DNA from: Takakia lepidozioides
Lineage: Eukaryota; Plantae; Bryophyta
Direction: 5' to 3'
Assembly (NCBI GenBank): GCA_030704615.1
Contig: CM060732.1
Span: 5,828,001 to 5,892,000 of the forward strand
Length of the DNA stretch: 64,000 nt
The notes below the pieces were generated by a model. It was not told the origin of the DNA. It saw only the letters and a list, made by a program, of their open reading frames with translations, and did not search any database. The stretch's first letter is position 1. The number at the start of each line of letters is the position of its first letter. A program made the position numbers and the translations under genes. Positions 11,880 through 23,400 of the stretch are shown here, one piece after another.

Positions 11880-13770
11880 GAGGGAAGATACTATGTCTTG
11901 TCGGGACATGGACAGGACCAAACATGGTCAATGTCAATTTTTACGACAAATCAACCTCATGAAGAGGCATTATCAGTCAAACTCCACTTCTAATCAGATC
12001 TTATGATGACCTCCATTACATTTCAAAGACAAAGAATCTACCTGGTAGATTTCAATGACAAGAAAATACGGGTGGGAGGGTGGGATTACTTAGAAGATCC
12101 CCTCCTTATAATAATCCGGCTTTATATTCTAAGGAACAGTATGCTAAACAAGTGTTCAGCCTGTTTTTATGCCTGTTTTAGAATTATAAGCTATGGGTGG
12201 CATCTAAGCAAACAATTAAATGTTTACCTATATCATGCAATAGTACTGCTCATCTGGAACCCAAAAGTTCCAGCTATTTTCCATTAATCACACAACCGGG
12301 ATATTAAATCATCTGGTTACTTGACAAGATAACCAGTTTTTTAATAACAAAAACCCAAAGCTTATCTGCTACATTTTTAGAACTTCTTGTAATCATGACA
12401 CAGAGTCAAAACTCATTGCATTGTTTAGTAAGCTTGATTTCCCAGAACTGCTTTCTACTGCAGTGTTCTGTATCAGAATATGCCATAGCTAGCAAAAAAC
12501 ATAGCTATCTTTTTTGTAACATAAAATCCAGAGCCATGTTGTAGGTTAATCAGTCTTTGATTACCAAGCAACAGCAGGGGCTTCTCTTTAAAACAACCAG
12601 ACCTGGTTTATGTTTGGGGTCATTATGTTACAACCTTGACAAGGTGTTTGCACAAACACTGTATACAATCTGTAATTACAGAGTGACATGAAGAGGTAGC
12701 AGTTTACTTACCTTAGCAGATTGTATGCAAGGTAAGAAGGAAAGGGGGTTCAGACATCCACAGAGGTTCCATATATTGAGCATATAAAGGCATACAGGGC
12801 TTAGTATAAACCATATGCAAGCTCTGGCCCTCCCCTACCGTGTTGCTTGAAAGTGTACATATCAGAGTAGCAAATCGTGCTCTAAGCATGAAAAAAGAGC
12901 ATATATTTGGTCTGGAAAACCTACTTCCAGTTTAATATTTCAATGCAGCGGAAATCATAACCCAGAGTCCTTAATAGAATTCATGTGTTCTAAAAAGGCT
13001 CGCTAATGCACTTGCTGCTTCAACACATAGATAAAAGTTGTAAGCATATCCAGATTGGTCATGTAGTGAGGCAAAAATGAGACATCTCCCTGGATAATCA
13101 GCTGATGTCGATGTCACTTCACTTGCAGGTTTGTCATCAGATTCAAGCTTCAAAAATCACATTAAGTGAGGACCCTCACCTGGTCCCATCACAAGCCCCC
13201 ACAAGAACCAACAGGTTAGTGAGAATTGTGGAACCCCAGGTGAATCGGGTCTCACGCTTGTTATCGTTGTACAACATGAGTTCTAAAGCAAGAATCAGTT
13301 CTAAACACAAGCAAGGTTATCCACAACCTTAATCGATTGCGGAAGAGGACTCGACATCGCTCCAAGCACTTGACAATCAACAGCACAAACAAGCAATGGT
13401 TTGCTTGAAATCTATGCGCATTTTAACAGGTGAAGAAACCCCCTGAGTTTTTATGAGCAGTGCTGAAACTTAATGATCCAGAGAGGATCTACAAGCAGTC
13501 GGGCAGCCTAAGGTAGATTGCCCGCCAAGGGAATAGGTCACCATACTGAGGGAATTGAAGCTCCGCCGCCGTTACGCCTCCCAAGGGAGATGAGAAAGGA
13601 CTGGAATCTTGCCAGAGTACTTGTAAACAACATTGAAGCGTCTCCATAGCCATCAAAATCATAAAATTCGTGCTAAGAGATCCCTCTGACACCATCACTT
13701 CATCTCCCGTAGAGAAAACGCACAGTATCGTGCAAGTTTTATGGCAGGAGAGGAGATATGGCAAACCATT
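11880..13770 (-). ncRNA. Structured non-coding repeat unit 3 (subfamily A), putative
   Basis: 3' domain 11880-12088; central domain 13140-13292; palindromes 13774-14005. Confidence 0.55.
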
Positions 13771-14099
13771 GCAATTTCATCCATGTGGGATGAAAAATAA
13801 GAAATGAAAAGTGAATATTCCCTTGTTGTCATCGCCATGTCATCCAGCAGGGATGACATCCTAAAATCGATGACCAGAACCTGGCATTCATTAGGGTTAG
13901 ATATAAATGACCTTAATAATCCAAAGGAACCAGGTAAAAAATGATAACCATAATTAACATTTAATGGAATTCATCCATTATTAACTATATCCGGTATGGA
14001 TGAAGATAGCATAAAGTTAATTATAGTTTAGTCAAAAATTACCTTAGTACCAAACCCTCTGGGTTATGGAATAGGTTACCAACAGGATCCATGTACAGA

Positions 14100-14270
14100 G
14101 GGAGAGAGAGAGGGAGAGAGAGGGAGAGAGGGGGCAACAAAGAAAAAAAAAAAAGGAACGTGGGGGGGGGTTTTGACTGAGCAGCTGCAGCTGCTGACCA
14201 GCAGCTGCTCCGTCACTCCCCTCCACTTATTTATTTATTTATTTTAGTTTCCTGATCTCTCCCTCTCACT
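14100..14270. repeat. Inverted-repeat junction site 2
   Basis: gactgagcagctg-cagctgctgaccag-cagctgctccgtcactc with the same flanks as site 1. Confidence 0.8.
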
Positions 14271-14391
14271 CCCTCTCTCTGTCTCTCTCTCTGTCTCTCT
14301 CTCTCCTCTCTTTTGTGTTGCTCACCAAAAAAATAAAAAATAAAAAAATGGAGAGAGGGGGTAGAAAAAGTTAAAAAGAGAGAGGGAGAGA

Positions 14392-16355
14392 GTGGGAAGA
14401 TATTCATGTCATGTCAAGACATGGACAGGACCCACTAGGGTCATTGTCAATTAAAGACATAAACAGCCCATGACAGGGCACCATCTAACACTTCCAATCT
14501 TGTCATAGCATACCAAGTGACATCACCCATTCGGTCATGATAATACAGGGTGGGAGGGCGGGGTTTATTCATGTTCAGATTCCTGACATGTACCCAAGTG
14601 ACCCTCTTGCACAATACAAGTTAAATTGCAGCCTCAGATTATATCATCCGTAATTATCCCAAGATATGCATCATGCAAGATATCATGGGCATGTAAGAAC
14701 AGCTTGCCACATTACAGATCCAAGATTTGTATACACAAGCATCTTGATGGACTAGCCTGTAGTTTATCATATTCCAAGCATGCAACCAATTAATCCTCTT
14801 GGGCATGACAAAATATAATGCAGCCTCACTCTTTACCATTTGTAAGTAACCCAAGACATGCATCATGCAAGGCTAGCTCTACTGGACCTTTGCCAGAGAT
14901 TATTTGCCTTATTTTGCCATCAGACCAGGCACCTGCAATGTATGATTTATTTTTTGGCCAAGTGGGCTTGGTCTCGGGCACTCAAAGTGTTTGTGTGTCC
15001 ATATCTTGAATCTATAATATGGCAGGCCTTTCTTCCATGCCAAGATGCCTTATATGATGCATGTCTTGGGGCAATTATACATGGTATAGAAGGAAGTTGC
15101 AGTCTGTCTTGTCATGCCCAAGAGGGTTACTTGGTTGCATGTTTGGAATCTAATAAACTGCAGGCTGGTCCATCAAGATGCTTGTGTATACAAGTCTTGA
15201 ATCTGTAGTGTGGCAGGCTGTTCTTACCTACCCAAGGGGCCTTGCATGATGCATGTCTTGGGGTACTTACAAATGGCAAAGAGTGAAGCTGCAATATGTT
15301 TTGTCATGCCCAAGAAGTTTACTTGGTTGCATGCTTGAAATCTGATAAATTGCAGGCTGGTCCTCCAAGGTGCTTGTATGAACATATCCTGAATCTGTAG
15401 TAGGGCAGGCTGTTCTTACCTACCCCGCCTGAAAGAGGCCTGTCATTGCCTAATCAGGCTGTCATCTTTAAAAACAGGGCCTCCTCTTCCTTAGAACCTA
15501 ATAGCCATTGATGCCTTACCCATAAACCATAACTCCTCTTTAAGGCCAAAACAGTACCTAGCTTAATAATCCACAGGCAATGCTGTCAAAGATTCAAGAC
15601 AAGGTAAGGTCCAGATGCTGGGCTTCAAGAGACAAGCCTGCCAGACCGAAGTGCTCCATGAAAGGCAGCACAACATAAGTCAAAAGTAAGCATCAGCATG
15701 CCAAACCAGGAGCAAGCAGGCCGAAATCGGGGCTGCAGGCAGCAGCCATGTCAAGACGCCATACACAATAGGTTCCCTTTGCCCACATCCATATCTGCAA
15801 GCTCAAGAGAATTCAAAGCAAGTAGGGATCCTCACCTAGTCCCATCACAAGCCCCCACAAAAACCAACAAGTTAGTGAGGATTGTGGATCCCCAGGTGAA
15901 TCACAAACCCCTACACTTGTCATCGATGTCAACTAAGAACCTCAAAAGCAAAAGAGAAAGACATAAAACAAAAGGAACCCTAATCACCAAAAGCACCTTG
16001 AGTGATTGGGGAAGGTAACTATGCGCCATCGCCACGAGCAAGCCACCTCCAGCAAACAAAGGAGAAGTGAAGCATATAAACACACTTGCTAGGTTTAAGA
16101 AGGGAGAGAGAGATACTTCCCAACACAAGCGCCGCTGCAAAAATTAAAAGCCAGAGGAGGGAAAGAGACGATGCATTCACAACATTGTCTCCCGCCTATA
16201 AGAAAAAACAAAGCGCCGCCATTGCGCATCCCCTGGAGATCGCCCAGCACGGGTACGATGCAGCAAACAGGGTAGCGGCAGAACGCAGACACCATAACGC
16301 TCTTCCCGTGAGCTCAGAAGCACTGCTCGTGCTTCTGACGGCGGGAGAGACATCT
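14392..16355 (-). ncRNA. Structured non-coding repeat unit 4 (subfamily A), putative
   Basis: 3' domain 14392-14566; central domain 15792-15950; palindromes 16372-16980; closest relative of unit 1. Confidence 0.55.
14655..15425. repeat. Long inverted repeat (arms about 215 bp) combined with an approximately 193-bp tandem repeat
   Basis: 14658-14872 is the reverse complement of about 15047-15265; 15047-15240 is repeated at 15240-15425. Confidence 0.85.
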
Positions 16356-16371
16356 TAGGGCTCTTGCCCGA

Positions 16372-17615
16372 TTTTTCATCCGTGCAGGATGAGTAATCAA
16401 CATCATATTCCTTAAAACCCGATGGATGTTATCCGTAGCTAGGTTAAACAGTAGGTTTTAGGGTAGGGGTTAGGGTTTCACTCCTTAATTAACCATAATT
16501 AAGGGTAATTAACATCAGTCCAGGGCCATCAGAAGTTGTACATTTCATCCGGTTCAGATGAAAAAATCATTGTGTTCATCCGTTGGAAAAAGTCCATCAG
16601 TAGGATGAAAAAACAGTAGATAACATCCAAGGCATCGGTTTTACATCCTAACAGGTAATTCAACATCCCAAAAAACAAATTGCCTTATCCAGTACGGATA
16701 AAAAAGCAATAAAAGAGGAATGAAAAAATTATATCCTGTCATTTTTCATCCAGTATGGATGGAAAAATAGGATGCCAGTGGCAACCCCCACAGAGGTAAT
16801 TCCTCATTCTCTGGTAACTCATCCAATATGGATGAAAGTCAATAAAAGAGGAATAAAAAATCAAAGACTAAGCTTAGAGGTAATTCAGTGTCTACCCTGG
16901 TAGTTCATCCGGTATGGATAAAAAATTGTTATAGGGCAGGTGAAAAAACTGTCAGAGTCCATCCGGTATGGATGAAAAAACACGAATACTGGCATTGATA
17001 AAACCGGCCAATTCCAAGGAGGGAGGGAGACAGAGGGAGAGAGGGGGCAACAAAGAAAAGAAAAAAAGGTGGGGGGGGGAGTGACCGAGCAGCTGCAGCT
17101 GCTGAGCAACAGCTGCTCAGTCACTCCCTACCCCCCCCCATATTTTTTTTATTTTTTTGTTTCCTGATCTCTCCCTCTCACTCCCTCTCTCTCCCTCTGG
17201 AAACTGGGTTTATGGAATTGTTGTCCCGACTTCCATCTTTGAAAATTTTGAAAAATTGGGTTGCAGGGAATTTTGGATGTTTTTCATCCAAAATACAATT
17301 TTTTTTCCCTAGTGAAACATTTCTTCACTAAATACCTATGAGTTGCAAAACTCCCGTCAGTTTTTATTTTTTCAATCCAACCTGGATGAAAAAAGGACTT
17401 CATCTGACAGGACCTAAATACGGGGCAAGACAGGTATAGAAAAGATGTTTCAAACCCTCGATGTTTTTCATCTAACCTAGATGAAATGTGGACTGCATCC
17501 GTCGAGTTCAAGACAGGATGAACGCACGATGTCTTTCATCTTCCGCGAATGAGAAACGGACAACGTCCGTCGGGCGTACAGGGTGGCGGATGTTTTTCAT
17601 CCTGAGAAGGATGAA
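16372..17615. promoter_or_regulatory. Palindrome clusters between divergent units 4 and 5
   Basis: About 10 copies of (T)CATCC-N5-GGAT(G/A) on both sides of junction site 3. Confidence 0.5.
17020..17200. repeat. Inverted-repeat junction site 3
   Basis: gagtgaccgagcagctg-cagctgctgagcaa-cagctgctcagtcactc. Confidence 0.8.
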
Positions 17616-17649
17616 TGACGGGCCAGACAGGGGAAAACCCTGCGCAACC

Positions 17650-19505
17650 CTAATGTCTTTCTTTTTGCGCTGCGAGAGCGCGCGCGATGGTGGCTTGGGA
17701 GGAGCGATGGTGCTCGTGCTGCAGATACCTTGAGCTACCAATCCTTGAGTGTTTATGGCTCCTGTGAGCGCCGCCTAGGCGGGCTCTTTAAGGCGATGGC
17801 AGTGGCTTAGAGATGAGGGAAGATTCACTGTCTCAGTTGTCTGTTTTTTTGCTGCACAAGGGAACCGCGGCAGTGATGGCAGAGGTACCACCTGCATGCT
17901 TATGACGTTTCCCTAGGAGCCCTCCTCTGGATCTTTGATGAATGGCGGCGTCTTGGTAGAACAAGGAAGTCTCTCTCCCTCCCTTTATAAACCCTACCTT
18001 TTGAGACCAAGCTCTTTTTTCTTGTGCTTGGCAAGACTTTGCTTTGGTTAAGGTAGCAGTGTTGTGGTGCTGGCGGAGTCCTCCCTGCACGGTTAGGCTT
18101 GTGGAGAGATGACGACTCTCCCCCAAACAGTAAAAAAAAATCTTTTTTTCTGTTTGTTTTTGCTTCCCTGCTTTCTTTGGCATTCTCTGCGCTTAGATTG
18201 AAGTGTATTTGACCTCGATAGCAAGTGTGGAGGCCTGCTACCCACCTCGTGCATCCTCACTAACTCACAATGTGTTGTGGTTGTTTTTGGGACGGGCACA
18301 GGTGAGGGCTTCCACTTAATATTTTGATGTCTAGGTGTTGTTGGATGCCAAGTGAGATTGCAGTGCAGGGGAAGGAATCGCTTGCCAGGGACTCATCTTA
18401 AAATGTTGAAAAACTAAACTACTCTATGGTTTTTCTTGATCCTACCTCTTTCCTTCCTTTATTTTTGAAGAACAAGTGTAATGCTTTCTACAATGGGCTA
18501 TTTTCAGCCCAGCCAGTGGAAGACCTCTGCTTTGTTGTGACAGCCGGGTTTATGATGGCTTGTGTGAGAGACACACATCTGTTTTCCAGGCCCTAGTTTG
18601 CTTTGCTTACCTTATGGTAGTTGGAAACAATTTGAGAGGCTGCAAGGAACTGTTTGTTACAGCTTTTCGGGTACCCATGTTGGCCCCTGTTATGTTCCAA
18701 CCCGGATGGCTTTGTTAGCTAGATGCTTAGGCCAGGGTATGGTGAAGATTCTGCCTGTGGATATTCGGCTAACAATGAAATATGGCAGCAATATATAACC
18801 GGTAACTGGTTTTTGAGGCAGTCAGGGTGGTCAAGTGGAAATACACCCCTGGACATGGTGTAATGATATGGTCAAGTGTGGAATGATGTGAATAGGGTGT
18901 ACTGACAGTATTAAATACTGTCACATGATGTGTATGCAGTCCTTTATCTTTACCTTGCTGGGTCATGAACTTTGATTTTCAGCTGTAGCAAGAAATAAAG
19001 GTATAGGGGTATTCTGGAAAACTTACCAGACATATCCACATCCCCTGTGGGAGCAAGCTGTGCTGCAGACCAGTCTAAACAAATACTGGCAGGGCAAGGT
19101 ATTTAAATATGTGATGTCCAAGTGTTCTTTTTGTTCTTTTTGCTTTCTGAAAAAAACCCTCCATGACACCCATGGGTTTGAGTAAGTATGCTTGGATTAC
19201 AGCTTGCGGACAGTAAATCTCCATTTAACCTGCACCACATCAAGGCCAAAATATGGCCAAACACCCGCCATCCCACCCAGACCTCTAAATGTGTATCATG
19301 ATCATGACTGGTGGTCAATTAGCATCAGTGGCATACTCTTTGGGTTATGAATAATACTGACATGAACACATTACTGTGCATGGATGTAATTCTGGATTTT
19401 CTAAGCTTGATGATTGATGGATGGTGCCACTGTTAAGTGGCTGATATGTCTGTTTATTCTTTTATGACAACGACCCTAGGGGTCATGTCTTTGTCTTGAC
19501 ATGAC
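17650..19505 (+). ncRNA. Structured non-coding repeat unit 5 (subfamily B), putative, divergent from unit 4
   Basis: Central domain 18190-18330; 3' domain 19262-19505, clipped by the Gypsy LTR; palindromes 17270-17615. Confidence 0.55.
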
Positions 19506-20462
19506 AAATGCTATTCGAAGTATCTCTGTGTAGAGTGAACGTGAGATGGTGAGAATGTGTATCATCTCATAATAGTTCTTATTTTCTCTTGACTACCATC
19601 TGCTTGTATGAACCAAGAGGCTTCAGTCCTTTCAACTAAGATCTTTTATGCTTAAGAGACTGTAGATTGGTCTTAATCAATAGGATTAAGCAGTCTGCAA
19701 GGATATGGCTTCATCCGACGTTCATGGTTTAGCTATCCTTAAAACGATTACTTCGTAATCGTTTCTGAAAGCATACCGTCGGACAACCTCTGTTGCATGT
19801 CTTAGGAAATGGGCAGTAGTGTTAATAGCTTGTTTTGTCTAAGTCATAAACCAGCGGTTAACATTTGGCGACCATACTGGGGACTAACGGTATGTTGAGT
19901 TCAAAAGTACTCAAAGAAGGATGGTTACTCAGTGATTTCTTGAAATCACGACAGAACGAGTCAACAGAAGCAAAGGAATGGAAAACATTCCTGAAAAATT
20001 TTCATGGTTTACCAAGAGCAATACAACAGAAAATCTTTATGTCAATCGTGAAAGAAGATGACAAATGGGGATTGAAGGGAGGAGTGATCAGTATTACACG
20101 AGCACCTTGGGAATGTAGGATTAGAAGTGAAGAGTGGTTGTCTCGTCTAGCTCTATTGATTACTCTAATCCCAATCAGAAAAGTTTGTTACACTAGTTAT
20201 ATTTTCAGAGAAGGATGTTCAAATTATGAATATTGTCACACGATCACAGAGACAGTGGAGTACTGGATACCCAAAGACTTATTGCAAGTTAGATACACTG
20301 AAAAAGATAGATGGTATTATTGTGCCCATTAAAAAAATTGGTGATCAATCAGTAAAAAGGAAAATTAAGTTGTAATATGGATTCTTGCAAGATAGGATGA
20401 GTCTTGAAGAAAGGGTAGAGACACTATAAATTTTCTTTACTGACATACCAAGACTGTTTTAA

Positions 20463-23400
20463 ATGGTACTGAAAAGGAATTCTACATATGATGTGGGAAT
20501 GAATGAGGAAATTAAAGAAAAAACTAAACAAGACAGAGCTGAACGAATAGAGAAATATGCTGCAGAAAGGGAGGCTCGGTTAAGAGAAGAGTTCCCAGAA
20601 TTACAGAACTTGAAAATTATTCAAGGTGAGACATCAAACAGTGATAAACCAGAAGATCAGGAAATCGGATCGGTGGGAAGTTGGAACACTACACCAGAAG
20701 AAGTTGCCAGTAATGTACTTGGTGAATGGTTACCACAAGAAAGATCTGAAGGACCTTCTACAGTAACAAGCCCAAATAGAGGTTTTGCTTAAATATTAGA
20801 AGAAAGATTTGAGAACATTTTGAGTGAAGAAGGTGAAAGAAGTGAAAGCACTTCTCCAGAAAAGATAACCAGAACTGCACTCAAAGCTTTTAAAGATTCA
20901 TTAAGCTTAGTATGGACAGCAGCTGGAAGACAACTATCATTGGGACAATGACCTCCTAGCTTTGAATCACTGTTTGGAAGACAAATACCAACACCGCCAC
21001 AGCCAGCAGCAGCGGGACCATCCCAATTTGGACAACCAGTTGCACCAGCTACACCGATGGCTTTAGCAGCAAGCAAAACCATACCACCATTTCCTTTATA
21101 TGATGGGAAATCTGATCCAGATATCCATTTTAATCAATTTGAAAACATGTGCACCATTTACAATGAAGCAACAAACCAAGAGAAGATCCGACTATTTCCT
21201 TGTTCAATGGCCCGAAAAGGCATTGAATGGTTGGCAACTTTCCCAGCAATCACTTTGCGAATTGGGCGGATATGAGAGCCGCGTTTCAAGAAAGATATAG
21301 ATCCAACAAATCCACGTCTGAAATCTTCACAGGATTACATAACCTAAGACAGAAAAAGAAAGAATTGGTAGTCGACTACCTGGAGAGAATGAAGACTCTG
21401 ATCAGGAAACAGGAAACTACCTCAAGCACCAGGGGATGATTTGCAAAAATCATGGTTCATCAATGGACTTCATCCTGAATACGTAACCATGGTTACAGTC
21501 ATGCCTAACAACACTTTGGCTGAAGCAGTAGGGACTGCAAAGAAGTTGGAATGGGATGATTCATCAGAGCAGAAGCAAAGATTCCAAGGATCTCTTGAAA
21601 GAAGAAGAAGAAGACTTGATGATGAAGAAGAAAAGAAAAACCCAAGCAAAAGAAGAAAGAAGTGATTGACAAAACCACTTGGATCAGAAGATAGCAGAGG
21701 CTATCAAGAATTTTAAAGATGAAGGGCACGAAAAGGCACATGATGTCACAAATGCGGGACTGCAGAATCTGGTAACGGAATGCCATATGAAGGACAAATA
21801 CTGTGATATTTGTCATATGAACAATCATAATACCAGCCTGCCAGTTGCGCACCAAGCATTAGGCAGAAGTGGGAAATATGGAAGCCGGACCAAGTGTAGC
21901 CATAAGTGTGGTAACCCCTGTAGTGGATACTCTTGCGGTAACCCAAACTCAGGCCAAGAAACCAAAACCTCCAGATAAGGAGATTGAAGAAGAACGGAAA
22001 ACAATATCCAGAAAGTGCAGCATGGCAGGAGAAAAAGAGCTTACACCAGGAAGTAAGTAAAACCATAGCTCAAATGCAAGAGGGAACCCATATACCTTCT
22101 CGAGAGCCAACTCCAGATAAGCAAATCAGACCAACGGTGAAGACCATGAATACAACCACGGAAACAGAATTGGCCGAAGTAATCTGCCAGACCAAGACCC
22201 AAATTACCATTGGACAATTATTAAAAATTGCTCCACACTGCAAGAAAACTTTATTTCGGGCAATCGAGGCATTGACCCCCACACCAAAACAAAAACCAAC
22301 ACGAGAGGTTTACACGATTAAACCCACAACTATACGACAAACTCCAGATTACGACGAAGCAGTACCCGTAATACAAGTACGTATTGGACGGAAGATGGTA
22401 ACGAATGTACTCATCGATGGAGGATCAGGAGTGAATATCATGACAGAAAAGATGAAGAAGTCATTAGGATTGGGGCACATGGAACCTGCTCCATTCACGG
22501 TACGAATGGCTAATCAACGAAAAGTGCAACCATTGGGGATCATCAGACGACTTGCAATGGAAGTAGCAGGACTGGTATACGAAATATCAGTAACCATTCT
22601 CAGAATGGAGGATGTGGCAGATGGATATTCACTACTATTTGGCCGACCATGGTTAACACAAGCCCAATCACACCACGATTGGGGAAGTCAGATTCTCACA
22701 GTCAAAAAGGGAGCGAAACAAGTCACCATCACGACGAAGCAACGAGGTACCATTCCACGAGAGAAACGACCTTGCATAGTGGAAGAATATGATTGGTCCA
22801 GTGGACTGTCGGATGAAGAAGAAGCCACAATATACGCAGCACATCCACAGTTGGAACCTATTGGACAACTGGTGGTCAAGCATACCACAACAGTAGGATG
22901 TCACATGGTGAACACCCAAGGAGAACCAAATACTTCGAGAAATGAAGATCCGGAGGAAGAAGCGATGGACACACCTCAACACCCGGCCCGGTTCTATCAA
23001 GAAAGGAAGAAGACATTCAAATCAGCGAATACTGCCACAATTGCAACCATCGGACAAGAGATTGCAGGATGGACAGTAACGGAAGAAACTCAATTGATTC
23101 AAGTGAATCTGGGAACAGTGGAAGAACCACAGATAATACGAGTAAGTGCAGGTCTCGAAGAATAATTTCTACAAAAAGCCACTGCATTATTCACTGAATG
23201 CAAGGATGTATTTGCCTGGACCTACAAGGATTTGAATGGGATACCTTCTAATATCTGTCAGCACCGAATTGAATTGGAAGTTGACACAAAACCAATTCGT
23301 CAGAACCGTTACAGAATGAACCCCAACTATGCAGCTAAAGTTTGGGAAGAAATGAAGAAGTTACTGGATGCAGGATTCATATACCCAGTAGAGACACCAC

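Noticed and set aside
6590-19505. Calling the units telomerase RNA, snRNA or snoRNA
   Set aside because: No template conserved across units (TAAACCCTA only in unit 5 at about 17987), no clear USE+TATA promoter, and no consistent C/D boxes or Sm site; left as a covariance-model test
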